From: Spongospora subterranea f. sp. subterranea
Taxonomy: Eukaryota
Reading direction: 5' to 3'
Assembly (NCBI GenBank): GCA_049724395.1
Contig: JAUGWO010000042.1
Location: 310,001-374,000 of the forward strand
Length of the DNA stretch: 64,000 nt
In this document: positions 1-12,938 of the stretch, piece after piece
Layout: every line of letters begins with the position of its first letter
How positions within the stretch are numbered: position 1 is the first letter of the stretch
Notes under the pieces: model-generated
Seen by the model: only the letters and a program-made list of their open reading frames with translations
What the model was told of the DNA's origin: nothing
The model's database searches: none
Made by a program: the position numbers and the translations under genes

Positions 1-110
1 CATCCGCCAAGGTGAAGGAAACCGGGTGATTTCGTTCTTTGTAAATATCGGGAGAAGTGGGCGCTAGATGTCTCCAAACATTAAAACCGACGATAGTAAA
101 ATCAGCACCA

Positions 111-896
111 TCATCGACAGCCGTTCGAGAACTCAGAAATCAGTTCGCGTATTTGAACCAAAATTTTTAAAATTCTTGATCTAGGCTTTGCGATCAGTTG
201 ATTACTTTCTGATTTCTTCGGTTCATCTTGATCAGACTGAAGAATTATATTTTGGTCTAGCTGAGGAACGTTCCAAATATCATCGATGGGTAAATTGGAA
301 TGCACGCGAGTAATTCGAGGCTTTTCGTCCTTGATAAAAGTTCTGACTTCTGGTTGTTTCGGAGAGAAATGAACCGATGGTGTATTTCTCTGTGACACTG
401 ATCTGTCAGAACCACGGAAACTGGAAGTGCTTCTCGAATCGTTAGTCTTGTTGAACCTCCGTTGCCGTTTTTCCGACAATAGACGAGTGGCGCGATCCGT
501 AGAGCAGGTAGGACACTGGCGAACATGATGTGGACCTGAACTTTGCAAGCATGTGAGTGACCGCATTGACATAGAGGAAATTTCTTCGTATTTTGGCAGA
601 TCAGCAGCACCGTTACTATTGCTCTTATAAAACTGTCGGACACTTGTTACTGTTTCAAGTAAGAACTTGTAAAATAATTTCAGGTTAATCCGACATTCGA
701 TTCTGTCTAAAGATAGTCGATTCAGGATCGACTCACGAAGGTTCTTTGGATGGACAGCATTCACAATGGCGAAGACTTGTTTACGCGTTAAATCATCATG
801 TTGAGAAAATAATTCAGTTAAGCCATTCGCTGTGATAATTTTGACGACTCTGCGCGAAAATTTCGTGGACACTGAGAGCTGAGTCCTCGTAAACAT
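111..896 (-). mobile_element. Degenerate retrotransposon Gag-like ORF
   Basis: Intronless 261-aa ORF with a knuckle-like motif (CLQSSGPHHVRQC), adjacent to other retroelement fragments. Confidence 0.4.
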
Positions 897-1100
897 TGAA
901 TCTTAACTCTGAAAACAGATGTGCGCTATCTACACAGGCGGCTATGCTTTTTGAGATGGCCTAAAAGGTCTTCGTCTGAAATTGATGTAAGTTCAGATTC
1001 CTTCCTGTCCAAGTCGAACACAACTATAATGTATAAAAGCGAAACTTCGATTGAGTCTTTTACTGAAACAGAGAGAACGATACATCCTTCTGATGGACAT

Positions 1101-1733
1101 TTAGACGATCAACATCGTTCTTATATCGATCCCATTCGGTCCCAAATGTGATAATTGAGTGCTGTCATATTGGTCCAGGAACGGTGGCTTAGTTACTGAT
1201 ACATTGAATGTCTCCATGGGTAAAATGTAAACCGATGGATTTGATTGGAGTAAGTTGAGTTTGTCCCGACAGTCGCGGGTCCAATGTTCAACCTTTCCAC
1301 AAGCGTAACATTTGCCCTTGGGTCTTCGATTACCCTTGTGCTGGCCTAATGGGTTTCTGGACTCCTTCGCCGGTAAGCCACTATCTCGGGTTAGCCGGGA
1401 CAATCCTCACCAATCGTTGACGTCACCGAGTCTCGACACGCTGGCCTCGAGGCGCTCAGAGAAGCCGAGACGACCGACACCACCGTCCCAATTCAACAGG
1501 TTGTTGGCCCAGATACGCCGCAGGCATCGGCGTTTCGTGGGACGAAGCTGAATGACCCAGCTCGAGTTCCAGTTCACAGCACACCTGCGGCAGTTCAACC
1601 TGCAAAACGCCCTGGTGGGCAAGACGTCGGCGGCAGTTGAAACTGCCTGCTTCTCGATCCTGATCCAAGCACTCTTAGAGGGGAGGCTCTCAGAGAAGCC
1701 GAGACGACCGATACCACCGTCCCAATTCAACAT
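1101..1733 (-). mobile_element. LTR-retrotransposon Gag remnant with CCHC zinc knuckle
   Basis: CYACGKVEHWTRDC (CX2CX4HX4C) in ORF 1101..1403; broken frames upstream. Confidence 0.65.
1455..1732. repeat. 44-bp direct repeat (1455-1498 and 1689-1732)
   Basis: ctcagagaagccgagacgaccga(c/t)accaccgtcccaattcaaca occurs twice with one mismatch. Confidence 0.9.
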
Positions 1734-1751
1734 GTCGCAATACCGGAGACG

Positions 1752-2070
1752 TTGGGATTCGTCGTCGACAACAGCGGATCGAGACCTGATCCCGGCGATA
1801 TCTCGACGATCATGGGGATGCGACCTCCAGAGAGCGTCGACGATGTGAGGGCGCTCCTGGTCCTCGCGGGATTTTACCGGCGATACATTTCAGATTTCTC
1901 ATCAATAGCACAGCCGCTTAATCTTTTGCTATGCAAGGGACCACAGTTTTAGTGGGGAGTCGAACAACGAGAAGTTTGGTCGACACTGAGAACCGCGATA
2001 ACCACCATTCGGGTGTGCGACATCCAGGAGAAGGGCGGAAGTACACGATCGGGACGGATGCAAGCCCGGA
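1752..2070 (+). mobile_element. Ty3/gypsy RT-RNase H remnant
   Basis: DVRALLVLAGFYRRYISDFSSIAQPLNLLLCKG (RT thumb/connection), followed after a frameshift by the RNase H start TDAS. Confidence 0.8.
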
Positions 2071-2318
2071 GGGCCTCGTGCAGTCTTATAACAGTGAGAC
2101 GATGGCAACCACCTATATTCGCCTTTCGTCTGAACGGGGTTTGCCCAACACGGCTGAGGCACTCCTAATGACGCAACACATTGCGAGGAATGTGAACAGA
2201 AGAGCTCCCGCTGCAGTACCACAATGTACCGCTGTATTCCATACGCTCTTTCAACATTCTACGTAAAAAAGCAATGGATTTTCTAAAAAATAGGATTTAT
2301 ATATTGTAAACGAAGAGA

Positions 2319-4132
2319 CTATGAGACTAAGTATTCCGCTAAATCATCAGTGTCCTCGATATCGCGAAGATGTGCAAGGTCACGCCTGTTTTTCGTACAA
2401 CACGTCCAGATCGTGGTTGCAAAGTAGACTAATAACATGGCGATGTTTGAAAAGAATAATAATCCGCCAAGAAGGGGCATGTTGTCAGATAGTAATTGAT
2501 CCAATTTGAATAACTCTGAAACTTGGCAATTTCTTCCTGCATCATTGAACTGGCAAGGTTGATTGCGACCGTCATCTCCGACAACTGTCTGGCTGCCAAA
2601 CGACGCATAGTGTGGAGCAAGTACGAGAGTTTGGACATTGACAGCTAATAAAACAAATACAATTAACCATACAGCCATCAGCAACGCATTTTGTTTAGTG
2701 CGATAAGCTCGAATATTGTAAAGCTATTGTAGAGTCAAGTTAGCAGTTCGAATCGAAGCGTACTATGATTATCACCTTTATGAAAACGATGCGAACCCCG
2801 AGCTGGACTAAACCGGTTAAAGTTGCCAAGAATAAATATAGGGCTATGAAAGCGAAGCAAATAAAATCCAAGGGGAAAGCGAGAGATGCATAGCTGAGAA
2901 GCATGTCGATAGGGTTGGGCAGAGTTTGGTCACTCTTGTAGCCGCAGAAGAAGCCGCACTTGGAGTTGATTACTTTATCGGTGACGCTTAGTACCAATGA
3001 TGTGGCAATCAACACTGAGCATAAAAAAAACAGACAGCCTACCAAACATCGTCCTAAATTGGCCAATGAAGGCGAGCTGGGCGATTGTTGAGCGATAGCG
3101 TAATTGTCACAATTGAGAGCTAGTTGCGCCTCTCGATGCTGCAACTTGGCCAGTTCTATGTTGATGAGTTAGATGCAAAAAAGCCTTGTATAACTGACAA
3201 ACCCAGCCGATCTTCGCGAGACCATGCACTTTGCGGAAGCGACACATATCGGGCTTGGAGCTGCTCTTCTTGGGAATGTAGCTTAACAAGTTCCGAGTCT
3301 TGGTTGGGGGTTGAAGATGCCAGAGTTCTTGAAGGAGATGTTTTTCTTGATTCAAACATTATGATAGGAAGCCAGGCTAGACCATATGCCTAAAAAAAAT
3401 AAAAAAATTACCCAATGCTGTAATGAGCGTGGCCTCACTCCTTACAGAATATGTCATCCATCCAAGATGACCAATTGCGATCATTATTCCCATAATGACG
3501 GAAAAAATGTCCAATAATCGCGATTTATTGTCCTCTTCCAGCAAGTGGTGAAGATCGAAAAGGACTAAGGCTGAAATTAAAAAAACAAAAGCTGCGACAA
3601 AACTAATCGTATATTTGCACGATCTATAGGCTCGAGGAAGCGACTCGTTCATGCCATCTTCTTCTTCATAATAAAAGTATGCAAAGGGCAACATCGCGAA
3701 CGCGGATATCGCTAGAAAAGAGTATATTCCTGAATATTGGCATCTCATAGATCAGGTACTGAAACAGGATGGCGTTCAGAATATATTCAACATACCTAGA
3801 TAAAGAACCTTGACGACATCATGGCCATCTGGCGTTGATTTGCCAAGAAAATAAACATCTACTGGCAAAAGGAACCTGAATAGTGATAGATTAGCAGCTA
3901 AATTAAGCACTCAAACAATGCATAACTGTACATTGCACATAATGATGCGAAAACAGTTAAAGTAGCAATGGATTGTGTCACGAAAGATCTTTCTTTCACA
4001 TCCGTATACACATGGATGCAGAAAATACTTCCTAACAACAGCTACCAGAAAAAGAGCGCATAAGAATAATGGTTGTCGTTCAAGCCATTCAATTACCATA
4101 AAAACAACGGGGAGAACAAAAACGAGAATCAT
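2319..4132 (-). CDS. LMBRD1: LMBR1-family membrane protein (LMBD1-like lysosomal cobalamin transport escort), multi-exon
   Basis: Exon peptides LPFAYFYYEEEDG, CGFFCGY..LPNPID..FPLDF, LAPHYASFGSQ; multiple TM segments; short GT-AG introns. Confidence 0.75.
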
Positions 4133-4559
4133 TGTGGACGAAGGTCGAGTACTGCTATCGATGGTGGTGTCAACACACAACTCGCCAAGCGAGACGATTA
4201 GATTGTCACTGTCCAGAAAGGCCGCGCCTACAAGCTCATGCTGCGTGTCGACTGTCGTGATAATGGACTGGGATTGTCTTCGTAAACGATTTCTAGTTTA
4301 TACGATTTGATATCGCTGCGGCATCGACCTTGATGTGAGGCACTATCGGGTAATGTTCGGCATACAGAATAGCAGGTAGTCGGTCTCTCAGGAAGTTGTC
4401 GGACAAATTAAGTGTGCAGCGAACAAATGTACTGCCTCTTGAAGGGTTATATAACCAAAGCGTCCATTAGAAGTCCACCCAATCGCTATATCTAGTGGCA
4501 TCGACAATGATTCTCCCGAGCCAAGCAACGGTTACCTCGAGAAACAGTCTTGCCCAGGG

Positions 4560-5090
4560 CTAGCGAGCCTCAGAATTTTCCGATTGTCGTGACAAATTGG
4601 TTTTGCCTCCGTAATATTCAAGAGATAGCATGACTGTATATATGATGTGCACATACCAACGCAAATGGGAATTGGGGTCCTGAAGAAGCCGGTGCATGGT
4701 TCTACCATAACTGCACACATTAGCAGATTTTGCTTTGCGATGCATTCTGATGAAGTTTGTGTGCCGAAACAATGTCCCAGAACTGATTCCTGCCTCGATC
4801 TCGTCCACAACATGGATTGCAGAATTAACTGGCATGAATGAGAACATATCGCAGATTCCTGATAGATTGTGGATGTGTGCACAAGGGATGGATATAGGTT
4901 GCTCAGATTCCCTGACGTCGAGTGACAGGTAGAAGATGAATATCGCCAACAATACAATACATCCGATTTCATGCAGCCATTGCAACTTTGATTTAGTCCA
5001 TTCGGCTGATCCAGCACCGAGCTGTACAGATACTGTAACCTGATCATGTTGAACGTGAACGAAAACCATTGATAATGGCAGTATATACAA
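4560..5090 (-). CDS. Hypothetical protein fragment with one predicted TM segment
   Basis: 176-aa ORF with a hydrophobic stretch (IGCIVLLAIFIFYL); no recognised family. Confidence 0.25.
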   Translation of the reverse strand: MYILPLSMVFVHVQHDQVTVSVQLGAGSAEWTKSKLQWLHEIGCIVLLAIFIFYLSLDVRESEQPISIPCAHIHNLSGICDMFSFMPVNSAIHVVDEIEAGISSGTLFRHTNFIRMHRKAKSANVCSYGRTMHRLLQDPNSHLRWYVHIIYTVMLSLEYYGGKTNLSRQSENSEAR

Positions 5091-5640
5091 TGATCAAGAT
5101 AGAGTTGACGATCGGGTTCAGCGGTACCTCATCTCAATACTTACAACATTTTCGCTAGGTGGTTGAATTCATAACAATTACAGGTCAATTACACATAAAA
5201 AACTCGTCTGACTTCCGTCAGGCGATGCCCTATGGTAAAAACGGTGTGTCTACTAAGTCAATGAAAAATTGGTTGGGATAACCCGTGAACTTTAATGTCG
5301 CATCATTCTCTTTAAATTTTTACTCGATATTAGTCTGATCGATGTACCGTGTGCTCGAATCTGTTTCGATAAGTATCTTGGAGATCTTTCCTAAGATTCG
5401 TCACAATTAGACCCACCTTCATTGACGTTCCCCTTTGCGATCAGTATTTGCTGTATCCATCTAGACCTGGTTCCTGAGTGAGCCCCGACTCCTGACCCCC
5501 ATTTTCAGAGAGTCACTTGCGCTGCTGTCGCTGATTAGTACACGGGATTAGTCTATGTCCGCTTATTTCCCTGGATCTCCGTGACAATCTCGGCATTTGA
5601 TCAACACACTACACTTCCTTTATAGCCAATATATAGTGGC

Positions 5641-8431
5641 ATGAGCGAGGCAGACGACGATGAAGCGGATATTTTGCATAAAGCAGCCAACACACATGAG
5701 TTTATTGCAGTTTTAACTATAATGATTACGCTGCTGATGCATGTTGCCTCGATAAAGCTTGAGCAAGTACGGTTGCTGAATTGTGCTGAAGTCGAGTCGG
5801 GTTTCAATGTTTTCTAGGTTCTGAAACGACATAAGCATTTGTCGGAGATGCTTCATCATTTGTATAGAGAGCTCATGGTTCTTGGATTAATTTCATTCGG
5901 GCTATTTATTATCGAGTTACATAACTGGGAGGCCTTGCACTATACCAAAACGACATTCGAATCGATTCACATTTTGGTAAACCACTGAAATATTTGATTT
6001 TTACCAAATGATTGAACTTAATCTCAGATTTTTCTTATTGCGTTTGGTTATACTACATTTACTGCCCTGCTGATGACGTTGTCTGTTCGCATATCGAAAT
6101 TCTGGGATGGAATCGAACAACAGCATCATTCAGTATATCTAGAAAACAAGGCCAAGTTTGACACAATTAGGCAGTCAATGGATGAAATGAGTTTTGCTGG
6201 TCAATTTCTTCATTTTCCTTTGTATCTCAGGTGGCGACTCGTTTTTTTAACTAGTTTTATTTTGGTCTGATCCCAGTACTTCAGGTATTTTACACTTGTC
6301 GAGCAGATATCGTTCCACGATCTCCGTCTTCATTTCCTACATTCTAACCATCTTCCACCCTCATTTTCCTTTGCTCGTTATCTTCGAAAATGTAAAAGCC
6401 ACGTGCTTCTGCAGTTTGGGGATATTCACTCGACATGCTGGATGTCATTGGTTGTGCTTGTTATTCTCGATATGCTACAGCGTAATTCTATTGGAATAAC
6501 ATCTGAAAGTCCGTTGACAGCATTTCAATCATGTCGTTATCTGATGTATATCTGTCCAGATTACATTTTCACGTTCTGGCGTATCACGTTTGCTGTTTTA
6601 GGCACGTCCCTTTGCGTAATCCCAGTATCGATATTGTTCAAGACCAGATCTATTTTGTCTGAAATTCTCTGTCACTCTGAAATGATTGACTTTGACCCTG
6701 TTGCCGCAAGGTTTACTGAACAGTTCTGTGTTTTTCATTACACTGCTAACTCTATTCCAAAGGTACTATATCGATCATTGGGGCGATGATGACGACGGAT
6801 CTCATGAAAGCTCACTGTCTTATGCATACGATGATGGAGAAAACCCTCAACAGCCTGTGGTTCACTTTACGTCAGAATCTGCATTAAGGCGTGTTGCAAG
6901 AACGTTTCAAATTGACCATTGGGGTCAAACAGGTGCCTAGTCTTTGCAATATTCATGTATATTACAAATCATCATGACTATATGAGGTTAGGTTCATCGC
7001 CAGATGTTGTCTTATTCCCATCTGCCTCGAATCAACCTCATGTTGAAGCAAGTGAACTCGAACCACCTCGATTAGCGCGGGTTCAATCGGTGCATAATGT
7101 CGAGTTTTCACAAATGAACCTTTTTTGGTTCAACTCACATGTTTTCATGCTTAGGTATTTCTAAAACTATTAGTCTGTTGATGCAAACACTGAACCTAGG
7201 CGCTGTTTAGGCTCATGCAGGTCTGTTTATTTCTTGTGGTATGCTATTTTGCCACCCTTTTTCAATTCCACACGTACATCTTCGCCGGGAGATATTGGGC
7301 TTATCCATTCGCTCTTAGTCAGTGTTTACGTAAATGTGTTTTACTGTAATTAACCGTTGGCGAATCAGTTCCCCTCGGTGTTCTTTTAACCTGTTTTGCA
7401 TGGACCGTTCCAATATATACGATCATCATTCACGTTGGACAGCTAGTCGATCTTGATATCGTTCTTGAAGCCAGGAGAAAGGCATCCAAGCCCGTATTGG
7501 TGGGTCTTGATTTGGCGTTCTCCCATTACGATTGATCAAACTAAAGCAGTATTCAGGATATGACTGCTGTTTCTGTAACACCATCGCAGCTGCGACGCGC
7601 GTCTACATTGATGCTCCTTGACAATTCTGATAGGCTCCGTTTACGGGTAATCGACGGATCTAATCAAATTTGATATCTGGTCAACCGTTTTTGTATCAGG
7701 TATCTATGGCAATATTTGGAGGAAGGTTCCAGATTCTGCTCTTTTGGTGCATTCTGCTTCAAACTGTCATTGTCATGCTTTCTTATTTTGAAAGCCTTTC
7801 CCCGCATCTGTTCTTGCCATATGTCACTCCAATCATCCCAAGTTTATTCGTTATTGAAATGTACATCTTTTGTGTTCTATCGTTAATTTTACTCACCTCT
7901 TGTATTAGGCTTGCGAAATTCTATGCAGCAGGACCCAAATTCTTCACACGATCTGCCGTCGTCGTTTTCGACCTCGTTGTAGTTGTTTGTGCATTCTTTG
8001 CTGCTTTCTTGCAATTATTTGTTCCCAGAGTTTCACCTGTACTCACAGCCTGTGTACTTTTGAGGATATACCAGATCATGCGAGTATCGCGAATCGGCCG
8101 AATCATGCGTCATCAACAAGAATGCCATTTTGAGGGTTAGTGGGGTGGTTTCGTTGAAGTTCCTATATACTGATTTTTTTTAGCTAAAATAGGAGAATCT
8201 GAAATTGAGGAACAAATGAAACGAACGAAGCGAAGAATAATTGAAGCAATTAGCGCTGAGCCGTCATTTCACAAGAAAGCTGCTTCGTACCCTGAGACCC
8301 AGTTTGCTTTAGGACGATCGCGGACAATGCCTGTTTCTCCACAGAGAGTTCCAATGAAATCATTGCGATTGAATTTTGAGATTGCAGATCACATAGAGCT
8401 TCCTGTTCGAGCGTGTGTTCCTGATATCTAA
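5641..8431 (+). CDS. MLO-like membrane protein fused to a C-terminal voltage-sensor-like (S1-S4) domain, multi-exon
   Basis: Spliced peptides match MLO motifs in order (RELMVLGLISF, FESIHILIFLIA, FWDGIE, DLRLHF, FSFARYL, LFWFN, TVPIYTIIIHVG). In-frame introns 7500-7556 and 7647-7699 join it to a 4-TM unit with GPKFF..VFDLVVVV and LLRIYQIMRVSRIGRIMR. Confidence 0.75.
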
Positions 8432-8488
8432 CTTGTAAAAAATAACAACAACTATCTTATTATTATTAAACTACAACTTGTGTAAAGT

Positions 8489-8907
8489 CTAATTATTTAG
8501 CGAATATTTATGCTTGCAATTGAGGCATTCATAGAAAACAGTCTGCCCTTCATCAGCCGAACGCATTTGCATTGTATAGAACGACAGCTCTGGATGTCCG
8601 CAGGAAGGACATTCTTCTTGAACCGTTGCCCTGGTGGCACTAACATGGTCAGAGGATACTAGAGACGTCTTGGCGTGATCCCTGTATGAGCGTGAATCAA
8701 TCTCCTTGGCAACATTAAGATCTGGAAAGAGGATTAAAATGATAGAAATCGACCGAGAAAAAAAGGACCTTCCGCCCGACAAACATGCCCACATTCGTAG
8801 CACGAACTGTTATCGTTTTCATCCGGTAGAGTCATGATTGAATGGCACGAAGGGCAAAAAGACGCAGTTGGGGAAATTTGGAGGAATTTCCAGGAAAGCC
8901 CTGCCAT
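8489..8907 (-). CDS. RPA12: RNA polymerase I subunit RPA12
   Basis: N-terminal Zn ribbon [14 protein letters not shown], one intron, C-terminal TFIIS-like ribbon [24 protein letters not shown]. Confidence 0.9.
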
Positions 8908-9329
8908 TTGGGATGCTTCTCAGAGGCCTGACCTTGTGCGGACTGCGGAGTATCTTGATTGATCGCTGGGTTGGCGCTCTGTTGGAAAATGTAGTACAGT
9001 AAGAAGTTCGAATTACTGTACTGTACGAACAATTTTGTAAATGACACTCAAATAAGATAACGGCAGAAGACGAGGAGGAGGTATGATCCGCAGATCGTGT
9101 GCAAGAAACTCAATCCGTGGAAATTGTGTGATTTCCTGATTTCACAACAGAACCCAAATTACGCAGTTACAGCAGCGCCAAAGTCTGGTAGTGAGTGTTT
9201 GAATCAGGAGAACCTGATTACTGTTTTACCTGTTGACGAAGGAGAGAGAAAATCAGGGGCTCCATTGTCAACAGGTAAACCAGTAATTGCAATCTCCGGG
9301 AGCCTTTCTGCTTCAGACACTAGGCCTTA

Positions 9330-10353
9330 CACATCCAGTTCATCTTCTATGATCATGTGCAAAATGATGGGTTCATGATTATATGCCATCGCGATTGTAA
9401 AAGTTAATGCTTCATTTCCTCCAAAATGGCCTTTCCACGTCTTTCCGATACCCTTCCTGCATTTTTGCGAATTGTTTTGCCTTGTTCCCAATTGGATGAG
9501 GAACTGTTTTCACAAAGCAGGCATATTCCCGATCGATTCATTCGTCAACCAAACATCCCATGTTATATTGTTTGCCACTCAAGGTGTACTTTACTCGACA
9601 AGATTCGCATTCAACGCATCTCGGAGGAGCGTGGAACGCTCCAGAACGTTGCCACAGTATAGTAATTACGCCCGGCATACAGAAAAAGCAATGCCAGACG
9701 CGTCCTACGAGATCTAAGACGGCTGCAGAACGATTATCGGATGTCCTTCTTTGCCTGATTCTCACTCACGCTTCAGATTACTGATTCAATGCGCCATTTA
9801 CCTGAAAACTGCCCTACCCATGCTTTGGAGCAGTTTGGCCAAGACCAGTGCATACAATCGATACCATTCCTGGCATGTTTCGCTTGTCGTTTACGTTTAA
9901 AGGTCCCAGACAGTGATTGCTGAATACTCCTTCAATAGCGCTACAGAATATGCAAAGGATTTTCAGCATGATAGATTCTGCTAGACGAAGGCGACCAGAC
10001 CGTCACATTCATCAGCTGATTCCTGAAGTCCTCAAGCGCACTTGCTGCAGCACATATTTTGCGGTACAGTCGTGATTTTGACGAAAGTACTCATCATGCT
10101 CCACGACAGCGTCTACGAACTTCAAGAAAAACAATATTCGCACTGAACCTTCAGCAGAAATGCCCAGCAGGGGACTTAGGTTTCTCAGCACAGTAATCTT
10201 CGTGCAGCATCTTCGCATAGAGCTGTCGATGTTGGTTGATGTTGGGGCAAATTTCCAGGTTCAAAACCGTCAGCACCGTCTTGATCACTTTTCATTTCCG
10301 AGCCAGACTTGGAGTATGCTCTTCTCAGTGACCAAGAGGTCGTCTGTATCCAT
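9330..10353 (-). mobile_element. Degenerate PIF/Harbinger transposase
   Basis: Motifs in shifting frames with stops: LHEDY..KP, HDEYFRQNHDC, GIDCMHWSWPNCSKAWVGQFSGK, VWHCFFCMPG. Confidence 0.75.
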
Positions 10354-10605
10354 TCAATCTTAACCTTCGCTGCCCGATGGGAGACATCGGTTCCATAAAT
10401 ACAGAGTTGTGATCCGTGGAGGTGTTACGGGTTACTGATAGTGTGTGGGAGAAAAGAGCGGAGCCGCCTTGTACCAATGACCTGTTGTTGACGCCTTGAC
10501 CCGTCAAGCTGTTGCAGGCCCAGCAAGATCCGTGTTACGAGTGACCTGGGACTGAATTAGACTTTTGCCCACCCCATTCCTGCTACATTAGAAGTTGCTG
10601 GCATA

Positions 10606-12543
10606 ATGAGCTCGGTAAGAGCGCTGCGTCTATTGACTAGACAAAGCAATGCTCTGCATTGCTCCCCGTATTCCACTGGCTTCCGGATATCGCATCATCC
10701 GTTGCGCCCGTCTTCTGTGCTCTCTCGTCCTGTTTATTTACACTGCGCTAGACGATTTCTGTCAACTGATTCAACAGATTCTAAAAACGGAAAGCAAACT
10801 CGCTTGGAAGTCATTAAAGGTGTGTTGGTCCACTACTGGAACGGCTCGAAACTTTTAGCTGCAAATGTATCTACCGCCGCGAAACTCGTACGTAAATCGA
10901 CCACCGGAGAGAAACTCAGCAGGAGAGAAAGAAAATTGTTAGCAATTACGGCTGCAGACTTAGCTCGACTTGTGCCGTTTGCTTTCTTTGTTATAATCCC
11001 TTTCATGTAAGTGGACCTTTTTCCGATATTTTGGTTAGTTTCTCATGCTTTTTAGGGAGTTACTGCTGCCATTTGCATTGATGCTTTTTCCGAATATGCT
11101 TCCATCTACTTTTCAGGACAAGCATAAGAAAGAGGAGAACATGAAGAAACAGTTGAAATTGCGATTGGAGCTTGCTGAATTTTTACAAGAAACAACTGAG
11201 GTGGTGGCGAAAGATATAGAAAAACGGTCAAATAATTCTCAAGAAGCGAAAGAAAAAGCGGAGAGGTTGATCCGGTTGCTTGGCAGAGTGCGGCAAGGAA
11301 AATTTGTCACAAACGATGATCTGCGGGAACTAGCATCTTTGTTTGAAGACCAATTCACTCTTGAACATCTATCACGCGAACAACTTCTCAGTTTGTGTCG
11401 TTACATGGGGTTGCCAACGTACGGAACAGAAACGCGTCTACGTTATGAGCTTCTCAAGAGACTGGACGACATTCGAGATGACGATCGTGCAATCATTGAG
11501 GAAGGAGGAATATTCTCTTTAAATCTTCCTGAGCTACGTTCCGCAGTTCAGCATCGCGGCATGCGAGCGTTAGGTGTTGACGAAATAATTTTGAAAAGCC
11601 AACTGCAGAGCTGGCTTGATCTTTCGTCGAATAAGTCAATTCCGCCACTTCTTCTCATCCTTTCACGGGTGTTTACTTTGAACCAAACGGAGAATCCAGC
11701 AGCTATGGAAGCAATCAAGTCAACATTAGCACAATTTGATGAAAAGATTGTTGAGGAGGCGATTGATGAAACTTTGAAACCAGATGGTCATGCAGAGAAG
11801 CTTGAAGACGTCAAATTCCAGCTTGAATTACTTAAAGAAGAGGAGGCTGATAAGAAAGCCAAGCAGGTAAAAGACGTTGCAGGTGAAAGTCGGGCTAACA
11901 GCAACGAGGTTATTTCGGGATGAATCGGATCCGGAAACGTTATCCAAGATCAAAGATATTGGCGAAGATTTGGCGGTTTTATCAGACGAAAGCGCTGTGG
12001 TTCAAGAAAGGGAAAAATTGCAGCAGCTGACAGCCAAATGGAAAGACGGTGGTTCTTCGGCCAAAGAGCCTACTGTTATTGTTGCGCCGAAGACGACTAA
12101 ACTTGACATAAAGGAGAAATCGTCGGCGAAAGAAGCCGACCCGGCGATATCTGAAATTGAAAACGAAAAGACCATACAAACAAGGTTGCAACAAAAAATT
12201 GGTAACATGCTGGCTGAATTACGCGCCGATATTGACAAAGCGGATTCGAAGATTGGCGATAAGCTAAACGTCCTTGATCGAGATCATGATGGGGTGGTGA
12301 GTGTCAACTTCTTTTTTTTAGTGGTTTCACTGCTTGCTGACCGGCTTTACCTAGATGTCTTACGACGAGGTTGTAAGTGCACTAAAGAACAGCCTCAAAG
12401 ATTGCAAGACTGATGAAGAAGCTCGCGAAATTGTAAAAAAACTAGACATCAAGAAAGATGGAAAAATTGATACTGAAGAGCTTCGAGAATTCATTCGTAA
12501 ATCTAACGGAGCTTCAAATGGCGGATCTGCATCATCGAGATGA
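10606..12543 (+). CDS. LETM1: Mitochondrial LETM1/Mdm38 family protein with C-terminal EF-hands, multi-exon
   Basis: Presequence-like N-terminus; HYWNGSKLL, LSRRERKLL..ADLARLVPF..FVIIPFMELLLP..LFPNMLPSTF; EF-hand loops DRDHDGVVS and DIKKDGKIDTEE. Confidence 0.95.
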
Positions 12544-12686
12544 TAAACTTAAGTAGTACTTTATTGGAGCAAAATAAATTGTCCAGAGTTTTTTGTGTCA
12601 GCCGTTGGGAGCGTCCATTTATCCATATCTGGTCTCTCAAACATATAACACGTCCAGAGTGGTGTGCAGGATTCTCATAAATACTG

Positions 12687-12797
12687 TAGCTGGCGAATAC
12701 TTTGGCCAGGGCTTTGAGGCATTTAGCTGGCGAATACTTTGGCCAGGGCTTTGAGGCATTTAGCTGGCGAATACTTTGGCCAGGGTTTTAAGGCATT
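12687..12797. repeat. 37-bp tandem repeat, 3 copies
   Basis: tagctggcgaatactttggccagggctttgaggcatt at 12687, 12724 and 12761 (third copy with 2 mismatches). Confidence 0.95.
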
Positions 12798-12938
12798 TAA
12801 ATATGGTAGATGGCGGTTGAGTAGTGGTTGGTAACCTGCGGTTTCAAAGTCCTGGTTGCGTGACGGTCCTGAGACCGAGGGATCAGTATTATCAGGTGGT
12901 CAACAACAAATTGACTTTCCAGAATTTGTTGGACCACT

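Noticed and set aside
12687..12797. 37-bp repeats as a CRISPR array
   Set aside because: Units are directly adjacent with no unique spacers, no cas genes, and the context is eukaryotic
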